From Bacillota bacterium (GTDB lineage Bacteria > Bacillota > Sulfobacillia > JAMDAP01 > JAJYMS01): 64,000 nt of DNA. The stretch lies in assembly GCA_021786825.1 (NCBI GenBank), contig JAJYMS010000134.1:2470-66469 (forward strand), read 5' to 3'. Under the pieces are notes generated by a model. That model saw only the letters and a list, made by a program, of their open reading frames with translations. It was not told the DNA's origin and made no database searches. Both the position numbers and the translations under genes were made by a program. Positions 15,753 to 23,137 of this stretch are shown here, piece after piece. The stretch's first letter is position 1, and each line of letters begins with the position of its first letter.

Positions 15753-15978
15753 CGCCGGCGAGGTCAAGATCGACCAGAAGCTCGAACTGCCCGGGGGAGA
15801 GACGCTGTTTGTGGTAAGAGAGCCCGAGCTAAAGTCAATCGCGTTCATGGTGGCCGGTTCCGCGGTTTACGTGTCGCCCGGAATTGACCCGGAGAGCGAA
15901 GCTGCCCTGGAGGCCGCGCTGGCAGAATCCTACCCGCACGCTGGAATCAAGGCGTCCGGAGGGCGGCTGACGGTCTAG
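15739..15978 (+). CDS. hypothetical small protein (79 aa)
   Basis: ATG 15739 has a GGAGGG RBS. A strong terminator follows. It is paralogous to the 54-aa ORF upstream. Confidence 0.55.
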   Translation: MPKPDAGEVKIDQKLELPGGETLFVVREPELKSIAFMVAGSAVYVSPGIDPESEAALEAALAESYPHAGIKASGGRLTV

Positions 15979-16002
15979 CATCGCCAAAGCGGCAAGCATC
16001 AA

Positions 16003-16037
16003 GGGAAGGGGCCGGGACCCCTTCCCTTTTTGTTTTT
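16003..16037 (+). terminator. rho-independent terminator
   Basis: GGGAAGGGG (16003-16011), loop CCGGGA, CCCCTTCCC (16018-16026), then TTTTTGTTTTT. Confidence 0.78.
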
Positions 16038-16455
16038 GCGGCGCAAAGCCGTCCCACCCTGTTGGCCACGCCTACCCCCAGGCCCCGAGACCCGCGTCAC
16101 TCCGCTTTTTTCGTAACGTCCCAACTTTCCCGAGCCCCGGAAACTGCGTCATGCCGCTTTCTTCGTTTAATTCGTTTCTTTCGTACTGGAGGTGACGCTT
16201 AAAATGGACCTTGAACCCGGGACTCGCCAAGTCCATCCCGGTCCCCCAGGCCGGCAGAAATCCCTGAGGTGGGGACGCCCGGCTTTTCACCGGAGGTCGG
16301 TGAGAAGCCCCCGGCGGTCGACCGGGAGACGCCAGGTTTTCACGAAGCTCGTAAAAAACCCCAAAGAGGCCGGCCGGGCAACACCGCGCCCCCTTGGGCC
16401 GAGCGGTTGGCCCCTCGAAGCGCCGGGAGGTCTCTACAAGTTTCGTCCGGCCCCC

Positions 16456-16474
16456 CTGCAAACGTTTTGCAAAC
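16456..16474. promoter_or_regulatory. att-arm palindromic motif CTGCAAACGTTTTGCAAAC (partner of 264-282)
   Basis: 18 of 19 positions are identical to 264-282. It lies in the 550-bp non-coding arm next to attR. Confidence 0.4.
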
Positions 16475-16593
16475 CAACGCCGAGGGACGAGCCGGTTTTT
16501 GACGGGACCAAAGAGGACGTGCGCGGCCCCGTGGCCTTACAGGGTAAGGCTTTCGGGGACCAAGAGGGACGAAGCGGGACGGCGAACATCGCA

Positions 16594-16654
16594 CTTGAAA
16601 ACCGTCGAGGGTGCAAGCCCTCCGTGGGTTCGAATCCCACCTCCTCCGCCACCT
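16594..16654 (+). repeat. attR core (displaced 3' part of tRNA-Ser, not a functional tRNA)
   Basis: 61 bp identical to 150-210. It lacks the acceptor 5' strand, D arm and 5' anticodon stem. Confidence 0.92.
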
Positions 16655-16667
16655 TTCGCTTGCGCCA

Positions 16668-16701
16668 GAAAGCCCCGGGCCGGCGCCCGGGCTTTGTTTT
16701 T
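16668..16701 (+). terminator. native tRNA-Ser terminator, now separated from the gene by the insertion
   Basis: Hairpin AGCCCCGGGC/GCCCGGGCT (16671-16693) followed by TTGTTTTT. Confidence 0.7.
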
Positions 16702-16745
16702 GGCGCCCGACCCACGATATTGATAGTGAAAAGGGGGTGGCGTCA

Positions 16746-17009
16746 GTGATTCGACAGAACTTCGTGCTGGAACGGCGCCCTCTCTGCTACCTGCGGGAGT
16801 TGGGCGAGCGGGCTGACGGCGTCTGCGGGATCAGGACCCGCCTGGCGGGGACCGTACTGCGCGGACTCGGTCTCACCAGCGCCTGGGCACAGCGCGTGAT
16901 GGCCGCGGGCCGGGACCAGCTCGCCCTCTTCCCGTGGGGGCCGCAGGTTGCAATACGGCCGTCTGGCGCCCTCCTCTACCCCGTGATTCGCTCCAGCCCA
17001 CCCATGTAA
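16746..17009 (+). CDS. possible small hypothetical protein (87 aa)
   Basis: GTG 16746 has AAGGGGGTGG upstream, and the third codon position is GC-rich. Its 3' end overlaps the serS 3' end convergently by 34 nt. No motif was recognised. Confidence 0.3.
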   Translation: MIRQNFVLERRPLCYLRELGERADGVCGIRTRLAGTVLRGLGLTSAWAQRVMAAGRDQLALFPWGPQVAIRPSGALLYPVIRSSPPM

Positions 17010-18247
17010 GGACGCAAGGCCGCCGGCACGGTGACTGATCCGTCCGGCTCCTGGTAGTTCTCCAGAAGCGCCGCGACCGTCCTCCCCACGGCGACCCCCG
17101 AGGCGTTCAGGGTGTGCACGAACTCCAGCTTGCCCTGTTCGTTGCGGAAGCGGATGTTGGCGCGGCGCGCCTGAAAATCGCGGCAGTTGGACGCCGAAGA
17201 GATCTCCACGTGACGACCGTAGCTGGGCATCCACAGCTCCAGGTCGTATTTCTTTGCCTGGGTGAAGCCCATGTCCCCGGTGCACATCGCCAGGACGCGG
17301 TAGGGTAGCTCCAGCGCCTCCAGGACCTCCTCGGCGTGGCGGGTGATTTCCTCCAGAGCCTGGGACGACTCGGCGGGGGCGGCAAGCATCACCATCTCCA
17401 CCTTGTCGAACTGGTGCTGGCGGACGAGGCCGCGGGTGTCCCGCCCGGCGGCGCCCGCCTCCGAGCGAAAGCAGGGTGTGTAGGCGACGTACCTGAGGGG
17501 CAGGTCGGCCGCCTTGAGGATTTCGTCGCGGTGGAAATTGATCAGCGGCACCTCGGCGGTGGGGATCAGGGCATAGTCGGTATCCCGGATGGCGAAGACG
17601 TCGTCCTCGAACTTGGGGAACTGCCCGGTGCCGACCATGCTCTGGCGGTTGACCATCAGCGGGGGGGCGATCTCCCGGTAACCATGGCGCCCGGTGTGCA
17701 GGTCGATCATCATGGCGATCAGGGCCCGGGTGAGGCGGGCGGCCCCGCCCTTCATGACCACAAAGCGGGTCCCGGTGATTTTCGCGGCCCGTTCGAAATC
17801 GAGGATATCCAGCGCCGTTCCGACATCCCAGTGCGGCTTGGGATCGAAATTGAACCGCCGGGGTTCCCCCCACCGACGGATCTCCACGTTCCCCCGCTCA
17901 TCGGGCCCGACCGGGGCGTCGGGATCAGGCAGGTTGGGAACCGTCAGCAGGAGCCCCTGGAGTTCCTCCTCGGCCTGGCCGACCTGCTCATCGAGCGCCT
18001 TGATCTCATCTCCGACACGCCGCATCTCTTCCACGACGATGGTCGCGTCGCGGCCGGCTTTCTTCAACCTCCCGACCTGTTCGCTCACCACGTTGCGCTG
18101 GTTCTTCAGGCTCTCAACCTGGGCCAGCAGATCGCGCCGCTGTACATCCAGGGCCAGGATCCGCTCCAGATCGACGGCCACGTTTTTTTTGGTCATAGCG
18201 TCCCGCACGACGTCGGGGTTGGCGCGAATGAACTTCAGGTCCAGCAA
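16976..18247 (-). CDS. serS: seryl-tRNA synthetase
   Basis: 423 aa. It starts MLDLKFIRANPDVV..., has an N-terminal coiled-coil arm, and has a class-II aaRS core (FRSEAGAAGRDTRGL..., GSG.AVGRT). Confidence 0.95.
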   Translation of the reverse strand: MLDLKFIRANPDVVRDAMTKKNVAVDLERILALDVQRRDLLAQVESLKNQRNVVSEQVGRLKKAGRDATIVVEEMRRVGDEIKALDEQVGQAEEELQGLLLTVPNLPDPDAPVGPDERGNVEIRRWGEPRRFNFDPKPHWDVGTALDILDFERAAKITGTRFVVMKGGAARLTRALIAMMIDLHTGRHGYREIAPPLMVNRQSMVGTGQFPKFEDDVFAIRDTDYALIPTAEVPLINFHRDEILKAADLPLRYVAYTPCFRSEAGAAGRDTRGLVRQHQFDKVEMVMLAAPAESSQALEEITRHAEEVLEALELPYRVLAMCTGDMGFTQAKKYDLELWMPSYGRHVEISSASNCRDFQARRANIRFRNEQGKLEFVHTLNASGVAVGRTVAALLENYQEPDGSVTVPAALRPYMGGLERITG

Positions 18248-18253
18248 AGCGGC

Positions 18254-19372
18254 TCATTCCTTTCCCTGGTGGTCATGTCCGGGGCTCAGTTCCGGGGCGA
18301 TGGGGATCCCGCCCTCGAACAGGCGAAGAAGGGTCGCGTCGAAGGGAGGGTGGACGACCCCCTTCTCGGTGATGATTCCCGTCACATACCGGTGTGGGGT
18401 CACGTCGAAAGCGGGGTTGGCGACTTCGATGCCCTCGGGGGCGATCCGCACCCCTGCCAGGTGAGTCACCTCGGAGGGATCGCGCTCCTCGATGGGAATG
18501 TCCTGACCGGAAGCCAGGCTCAGGTCGATCGTCGGCGTCGGTACCGCGGCGTAAAAGGGGATGCCGTGCTCACGGGCCAGCACGGCCACGCCGTAGGTGC
18601 CGATCTTGTTGGCGAAGTCACCGTTGCGGGCAACCCGGTCGGCCCCCACCACGACCACCTGAATCAGCCCCCGACGCATCAGGCTGGCGGCCATGTTGTC
18701 GGTGATCAAGGTGGCCGGGATGCCGGCTTTGACCATCTCCCAGGCCGTCAAGCGGGCTCCCTGAAGCACCGGACGCGTCTCGTCGACGTAAACGTGCACG
18801 CGTTTCCCGCCCTCGTGGGCGGCGCGGATGACTCCCACCGCGGTGCCGTAGTCGACGGTCGCCAGGGACCCGGCGTTGCAATGGGTCAGCACCCCATCCC
18901 CGTCCCGGATGAGTTCCTGCCCGTAGCGTCCCAACCGGCGGTTGATATCCACGTCCTCCCGGGCCAGGGCGAGGGCCTGCTCCTCTACCGCCCGGGCGAT
19001 GTTTTCCGCCGGCGGCAGGCCCCGGGGCGCGCCGGCGGCGGCTCGCCTGGCGGCCTCCAGCACCCGGTCGATGGCCCAGAACAGGTTGACCGCCGTGGGC
19101 CGGGTGGCGCCCAGTTCCTCGGCGGCCAGGCCTAACCGCTCCAGGGCTTCCCGCGGCGGCGGGGGAGGGGCCTCCTGCGCCAGACGCCGCGCCTCCAGCG
19201 CCAGGCCGCAGGCGGCCGTCACCCCGATGACCGGGGCGCCGCGCACCGCCAGGTCCCTGATGGCCAGGGCAACCTGGCGGTAGTCCTTGAGTTCAAGGTA
19301 GACCTCGGCCGCGGGCAAGCGGCGCTGGTCGATCAGACGTACCGTGCCGTCGCGGAGCTCCACCGTCGCCAC
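18254..19372 (-). CDS. mtnA: S-methyl-5-thioribose-1-phosphate isomerase (eIF-2B alpha/beta/delta-like)
   Basis: 372 aa. Motifs are LIDQRRLP...RDLAVRGAPVIGVTAA...TRPTAVNL...THCNAG.LAT...VYVDETRP.LQGARLTAWE. Confidence 0.9.
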   Translation of the reverse strand: MATVELRDGTVRLIDQRRLPAAEVYLELKDYRQVALAIRDLAVRGAPVIGVTAACGLALEARRLAQEAPPPPPREALERLGLAAEELGATRPTAVNLFWAIDRVLEAARRAAAGAPRGLPPAENIARAVEEQALALAREDVDINRRLGRYGQELIRDGDGVLTHCNAGSLATVDYGTAVGVIRAAHEGGKRVHVYVDETRPVLQGARLTAWEMVKAGIPATLITDNMAASLMRRGLIQVVVVGADRVARNGDFANKIGTYGVAVLAREHGIPFYAAVPTPTIDLSLASGQDIPIEERDPSEVTHLAGVRIAPEGIEVANPAFDVTPHRYVTGIITEKGVVHPPFDATLLRLFEGGIPIAPELSPGHDHQGKE

Positions 19373-19375
19373 GGC

Positions 19376-20173
19376 CTAGCGGTCACCCGCCGCCTTGGCG
19401 CAGGGGCAGTGCCGTTCCTCCGGCAAGGCTTCGATCACCCGGTGCAACAGCCCGCGCAGTTGATCGTTATTGGCGTTGAAGACCCGCAGGACCTCCTCGT
19501 GGGTGACCGGCCTGATCTCCGGCTGGCCCTCCAGACCGGCATCGTAGTCCGTGATCAGGGCGATGTTGACGTAGCACAGGTTCAGCTCCCGGGCCAAAAT
19601 TGCCTCCGGGTACTGGGTCATGTTGATGACTTCCCAGCCCTGGGAGGCAAACCAGCGGCTCTCCGCCCGGGTGGAGAAGCGGGGGCCCTGGACGACCACG
19701 ACCGTTCCCCGCTCGTGCACCCTAATACCCAGGGCCCGCGCCTGCTCGGCGGCAACCGCCCGCATTTCGGGACAGTAGGGGTCCGCCGCCGAAACGTGCC
19801 GGACCACCGGACCCTCAAAGAAGGTGTCAGGGCGCCCCCAGGTGCGGTCCACAAGCTGGTCGCAGACGACAAAATCCCCCGGCTTCACGTCCGCCTTAAG
19901 GCTCCCCGCGGCGCAGGGACCGATGATCCGGGTGACCCCCAGGGCCTGCATCGCCCATACGTTGGCGCGGTAGTTCACAAGGTGCGGCGGGTGGCGGTGG
20001 TCCCTGCCATGACGTGGCAGAAAGGCCACCCGCCGCCCGCCAACCTCCGCCAGGGCGACCATGTCCGAGGGTGCACCATAGGGTGTCTCCACCCAAACCT
20101 CCTCGACGCGGTCGAGGAACCGGTAAAACCCTGAACCGCCGAAAATCCCGATTTCCGCTCGGTTGCTGGCCAT
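19376..20173 (-). CDS. mtnP: S-methyl-5'-thioadenosine phosphorylase
   Basis: 265 aa. Motifs are IGIFGGSGFY...FLPRHGRDHRHPPHLVNYRANVWAM..LGV..I...AAGSL, the typical PNP/MTAP family pattern. Confidence 0.9.
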   Translation of the reverse strand: MASNRAEIGIFGGSGFYRFLDRVEEVWVETPYGAPSDMVALAEVGGRRVAFLPRHGRDHRHPPHLVNYRANVWAMQALGVTRIIGPCAAGSLKADVKPGDFVVCDQLVDRTWGRPDTFFEGPVVRHVSAADPYCPEMRAVAAEQARALGIRVHERGTVVVVQGPRFSTRAESRWFASQGWEVINMTQYPEAILARELNLCYVNIALITDYDAGLEGQPEIRPVTHEEVLRVFNANNDQLRGLLHRVIEALPEERHCPCAKAAGDR

Positions 20174-20265
20174 GTTCCCTCCTGGTCCACGGGCCTATTA
20201 TCCTCGGCACGGGTGGCAGCCATACCCAGAATTCGGGTTGCCGGCCGGCAAATCCTGCGTGGCCG

Positions 20266-21849
20266 TCAGTCGATCGGCAAGTGAATCTTGCGGGCGGTGA
20301 GCATTCCGGGCACCTGGCGCACCGCCTCCAACACCTGCTCGCCCGGCTCGTCGTCGATCTGCAGCACCATCACTGCGTCGCCCCGGGCGGCCAGGCGAGC
20401 CACCTGCATGCCCGCGATGTTGATGTCCTTCTGTCCGAGGATCGTCCCCACCTTACCGATCATCCCGGGCCGGTCGTGGTGCTCCACCACGATCATCCAC
20501 TTGCTGGGGAAGAAGTCGGTCTGATAGCCATTGATGGCCAGAATCCGCAAGCCCCGGGGGGAAACGTGGCCGGCCACGGAGCGTTCGTGCTTGCCGGTCC
20601 GAAGCTTAAGGGTGATCAGGTTGGTGAATTCAGAGGCCTTGGTGGTAGCTGCCTCGCGCACCTCGATGCCCCGTTTCTTGGCCACCGGCCGGGCGTTGAT
20701 CAGGTTGATCGGCTCGTCCAGGCGGCCGGTCAGCAGGCCTACGATGGCGGCGTTGGTCAGCAGGGCCTTGGACCCGCCGTTGATGTCGCCAGCCAGGCTC
20801 AATTCAAGGGCGTCCACCGCCTCCGGCCAGGCCTGCGCGCCAAACTGACCAAGCATCGTCGACGCCTCCAGGTAGGGGCGTAGGGTCCGGGCTTCCTCGG
20901 GCCCCACGGTCGGCAGATTGACGGCCGACAGGACGGGCTCCCCGCGCAGGGCTTGCAGGACCAGCTCCGCCACGATGATGCCGTTTTGCTCCTGCGCCTC
21001 AACGGTGGAGCCGGCCAAGTGCGGGGTCGCGATCACGTTGCTCAAGTCGAAGAGAGGGTTGCGAGCGCGGGGCGGTTCCTCCGCGAAGACGTCCAGGGCC
21101 GCCCCCGCCAGGGCTCCGGCTTGGAGGGCCGCGAAGAGGGCGCCCTCGTCGACCAGGCCTCCCCGGGCGCAGTTCACCAGCCGCGCCCCGCGCTTCATCA
21201 TGGCGATTCGTTCCCGGGAAAGGATGTTCTCCGTTTCGGACGTCTTGGCCAGGTGCAAACTGACGTAATCGGCCCTGGCCAGCGTCTCCGGCAGGCCAAG
21301 CAAGCACACCCCCAGAGTTTCCGCCCGTTCGGGGGAAACGTAGGGGTCGTAGGCCACCACCTCCATGCCGAAGGCCTTGGCGCGCAACGCCACTTCCGTC
21401 CCGATGCGCCCCATCCCCAGGATGGCCAGGGTCTTGCCCCGCAGCTCGGAGCCCGCGAAGCGGGTGCGGCGCCATTGCCCCCCCTTCAGGTCCGCGTCAG
21501 CCTGGGGGATCTGTCTGGCCAGGGCCAGCATCAGCCCCAGGGCGTGCTCGGCGGCGGCCACGGTGTTGGCGCCCGGGACGTTGACCACCAGTATCCCCGC
21601 CTCGGTGGCCGCCCTGACGTCGATGTTGTCGACTCCCACGCCGGCGCGACCAATGACCTTCAGCCGGCGGCCGGCGGCAATTACCTCGGCGGTGGCCTTG
21701 GTCTCTGAACGAGTGACCAGGGCGTCGAATTCGCCGATTCGCCGGATCAGCTCCTCCTTGGGAAGCCCGATGGCGACCTCGACCTCGATCTCCCGGCGAA
21801 GCTTTTCGATGCCCTTCTCGGCGATGGGGTCAGCTACCAGTACGCGCAT
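20266..21849 (-). CDS. serA: D-3-phosphoglycerate dehydrogenase (long form with ASB and ACT domains)
   Basis: 527 aa. It has the NAD-binding motif GRIGTEVA and the catalytic region ...NCARGGLVDE...TPHLGAST. A C-terminal ACT-like segment is present. Confidence 0.93.
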   Translation of the reverse strand: MRVLVADPIAEKGIEKLRREIEVEVAIGLPKEELIRRIGEFDALVTRSETKATAEVIAAGRRLKVIGRAGVGVDNIDVRAATEAGILVVNVPGANTVAAAEHALGLMLALARQIPQADADLKGGQWRRTRFAGSELRGKTLAILGMGRIGTEVALRAKAFGMEVVAYDPYVSPERAETLGVCLLGLPETLARADYVSLHLAKTSETENILSRERIAMMKRGARLVNCARGGLVDEGALFAALQAGALAGAALDVFAEEPPRARNPLFDLSNVIATPHLAGSTVEAQEQNGIIVAELVLQALRGEPVLSAVNLPTVGPEEARTLRPYLEASTMLGQFGAQAWPEAVDALELSLAGDINGGSKALLTNAAIVGLLTGRLDEPINLINARPVAKKRGIEVREAATTKASEFTNLITLKLRTGKHERSVAGHVSPRGLRILAINGYQTDFFPSKWMIVVEHHDRPGMIGKVGTILGQKDINIAGMQVARLAARGDAVMVLQIDDEPGEQVLEAVRQVPGMLTARKIHLPID

Positions 21850-22951
21850 CCGCAGTCCCTCCTTGTCCCCGCAAGTCAGCCAGGACCTCGCGCAGGGCCT
21901 TGAGTCCGGCGCGCAGGTCGGCCTCGGTTACGTGACCCAGGTGTCCGATCCGAACGACGCTGTCCGTCAGTGGGCCCTGACCCCCGGCGATGATGACCCC
22001 CCGCTGCCGCACGGCCTTGCGCAGGGCGGCCGGTTCAATCCCCGGGGGAACGCGGATGGCCGTGACCGTGTCCGAATAGTAGCGCGGGTCGGCCAACAAC
22101 TCCAGGCCCAGGGCGGTGACGCCCTCCCGGCAGGCCCGGCCCAGGGCGGCATGCCGCGCTAGGACGGCCGCCAGTCCCGCTTCGCCGATCATCCGCAAGG
22201 CCTCCCGCAGGGCGTAATAGAGGGAGATGGCCGGGGTGTAGGGGGTCTGGAGCTTGGCCATCTCCTTGCGGAATCCGGCCCAGTCCCAGTAGAGGCGCGG
22301 CATCTTCGCCGTTTCAGCGGCCGCCCAGGCACGCGGGCCGACGCTCATCAGCGCCAGGCCCGGGGGGCACATCAGGGCCTTCTGCGACCCCGTGATCACC
22401 ACGTCGATTCCCCAGGCGTCGGTTGGCAGGTCGATGGCCGCCAGGGAACTCACCGCGTCCACCAGCAGGAGAGCGCCGTGCTCGCGCACGACCTCGGCCA
22501 GCCGGGCCAGGGGGTTCGTCACCCCGGTGGAGGTCTCGTTGTGGGTGATCAGGACCGCCTTGATCTGCCGGTCGCGGTCGGCCTGGAGGCGTTCCCGCAG
22601 GGTTGCTGGGTCGATGGCCTGCCCCCAGGGGGCGGCCAGGCGCTCCACGTCGGCCCCGTAGATTCCGGCGATCTTGGCGAAGCGATCGCCGAAGGCCCCC
22701 ATGGTGCAGGCCAGGACCCGGTCTCCCGGCGACAGGACGTTCACCAGGGCGGCCTCCAGTCCTCCCGTCCCGGCGGACGGGAAGATGATCACCGGGTTCT
22801 GCGTCTGGAAAACCGCTTGCAGGCCTTCCTGCACCTCCCGGGCGAGGGCGGTGAATTGCTCGCCGCGATGGTTGATCATGGGCTGTAACATGGCCTCGGC
22901 GACGCGTTCAGGAACGGGGGTTGGACCCGGGATCAGAAGTGTTTCCGGCAT
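21830..22951 (-). CDS. class-V pyridoxal-phosphate aminotransferase (serine-pyruvate / phosphoserine aminotransferase-like)
   Basis: 373 aa. It starts MPETLLIPGPTPVPERV... and carries the ...TGSQKALMCPPGLA... PLP-lysine motif. It overlaps the serA start by 20 nt. Confidence 0.88.
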   Translation of the reverse strand: MPETLLIPGPTPVPERVAEAMLQPMINHRGEQFTALAREVQEGLQAVFQTQNPVIIFPSAGTGGLEAALVNVLSPGDRVLACTMGAFGDRFAKIAGIYGADVERLAAPWGQAIDPATLRERLQADRDRQIKAVLITHNETSTGVTNPLARLAEVVREHGALLLVDAVSSLAAIDLPTDAWGIDVVITGSQKALMCPPGLALMSVGPRAWAAAETAKMPRLYWDWAGFRKEMAKLQTPYTPAISLYYALREALRMIGEAGLAAVLARHAALGRACREGVTALGLELLADPRYYSDTVTAIRVPPGIEPAALRKAVRQRGVIIAGGQGPLTDSVVRIGHLGHVTEADLRAGLKALREVLADLRGQGGTADARTGS

Positions 22952-22990
22952 CTGCCTCTCCTCCTGGGACCCGCCGGGGCGGGAGCGCGG

Positions 22991-23045
22991 GAAATGAATG
23001 AGGACCCCCGCTCCCCGGCGCGCCTAATTTGGGCCGGGGGCGAAA
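22991..23045 (-). terminator. T-box terminator 2 (or sequestrator)
   Basis: Stem UUUCGCCCCCGGC / GCCGGGG-A-GCGGGG. Its 5' arm overlaps the 3' arm of antiterminator 2. It is followed by UCCUCAUUCAUUUCC. Confidence 0.5.
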
Positions 23046-23096
23046 GCCCTGGTCGGTGCTTCCGCGGTGCCACCCCGCTCGGTCGCGCTGCTCCTC

Positions 23097-23137
23097 AACG
23101 CATAAGGCTCCCGTCCCCGGTACCAGGGACGGGAGCC
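23097..23137 (-). terminator. T-box terminator 1
   Basis: 12-bp stem GGCUCCCGUCCC / GGGACGGGAGCC (23106-23137). Its 5' arm overlaps the 3' arm of antiterminator 1. It is followed by UUAUGCGUU. Confidence 0.65.

Larger units (their letters stand above)
150..16654. mobile_element. integrated tRNA-Ser-targeting element (prophage-like or satellite-like island), about 16.5 kb
   Basis: An exact 61-bp direct repeat (150-210 = 16594-16654) equals the 3' part of tRNA-Ser from the anticodon loop through CCA plus 3 nt. A tyrosine integrase lies next to the intact tRNA. The hairpin/T-tract terminator of the tRNA follows only the right-hand copy. HTH regulators and a primase-helicase gene lie inside. Confidence 0.85.

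Noticed and set aside
16594-16654. A second tRNA-Ser gene.
   Set aside because: Only the 3' 58 nt of the tRNA (from the anticodon loop on) are present. There is no 5' acceptor strand or D arm, so it is the displaced attR half-site.
16072-16749. ORFs 16072-16461(-), 16192-16749(+), 16269-16502(+) and 16394-16723(+) in the right arm.
   Set aside because: They overlap one another in several frames and run across the tRNA remnant and its terminator. They have no RBS and have Arg/Pro/Gly-rich translations. The region is better explained as a non-coding att arm.
17336-19135. 599-aa plus-strand ORF. Similar very long ORFs lie antisense to conserved genes: 24628-25962, 28226-29782, 34074-35372, 39797-41923, 43845-45197, 52813-54198, 54526-55590, 59069-60277 and 60338-61546.
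   Set aside because: Each lies entirely antisense to, or out of frame with, a gene that has an unmistakable conserved product (serS/mtnA, gyrA, gyrB, yidC, soj/spo0J, purA, walK and so on). Their translations are Arg/Pro/Gly/His-rich and low in complexity. This is the usual stop-codon-poor shadow-ORF effect in high-GC DNA.
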